Shown piece after piece: positions 63,966 through 64,000 of a stretch of 64,000 nucleotides of DNA (its first letter is position 1; every line of letters begins with the position of its first letter). Made by a program: the position numbers and the translations under genes. Under the pieces are notes generated by a model. That model was not told the DNA's origin. It worked only from the letters and a program-made list of their open reading frames with translations, and did no database searches. This DNA comes from Octopus bimaculoides. Its lineage: Eukaryota. Location: positions 72,443,218 through 72,507,217 of the forward strand of contig NC_068986.1 of NCBI RefSeq assembly GCF_001194135.2. The letters are read 5' to 3'.

Positions 63966-64000
63966 GTAACATGATGCTGATTGTAGCATGATGCAGTCCT

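Noticed and set aside
1-64000. CRISPR arrays, rRNA or prokaryotic operon-like systems; a second host gene at 45000-64000
   Set aside because: No regular repeat-spacer array or rRNA was seen, and the DNA is intron-rich and eukaryotic. All interpretable ORFs after 42018 trace to transposons.

Overview
AT-rich eukaryotic genomic DNA from a gapped draft assembly (N-gaps at 25906-26251, 35460-35586, 43264-43927, 47006-47286, 48500-48638). The SINE, RTE and DNA-transposon repeats look like those of octopus (inference from recalled repeat families, no search run). The one host gene I can support is the 3' part of a + strand class II Rab11 family-interacting protein (RAB11FIP3/4, Drosophila nuf-like). 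Ten GT-AG exons between 1173 and 42018 splice in frame into 334 aa of coiled coil ending in a Rab11-binding domain; the 5' end of the gene lies upstream or is alternative. The rest is intron or intergenic DNA packed with decayed mobile elements: tRNA-derived SINEs, RTE and R4/Dong-like LINE fragments, mariner, maT and Tc1 elements, a TTAA MITE, hAT and Merlin transposase remnants and a solo LTR. The ORF track is almost all noise, transposon debris or N-gap artefact. Best leads: a ~290-bp fold-back at 60062-60352 whose two arms each fit a non-canonical (G3:C8-swapped) minimal hammerhead ribozyme, a single-frame Merlin transposase remnant with an RFX X-box and a perfect splice donor, and several unannotated splicing features of the FIP gene. 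All protein and family comparisons are from recalled motifs and need database confirmation.
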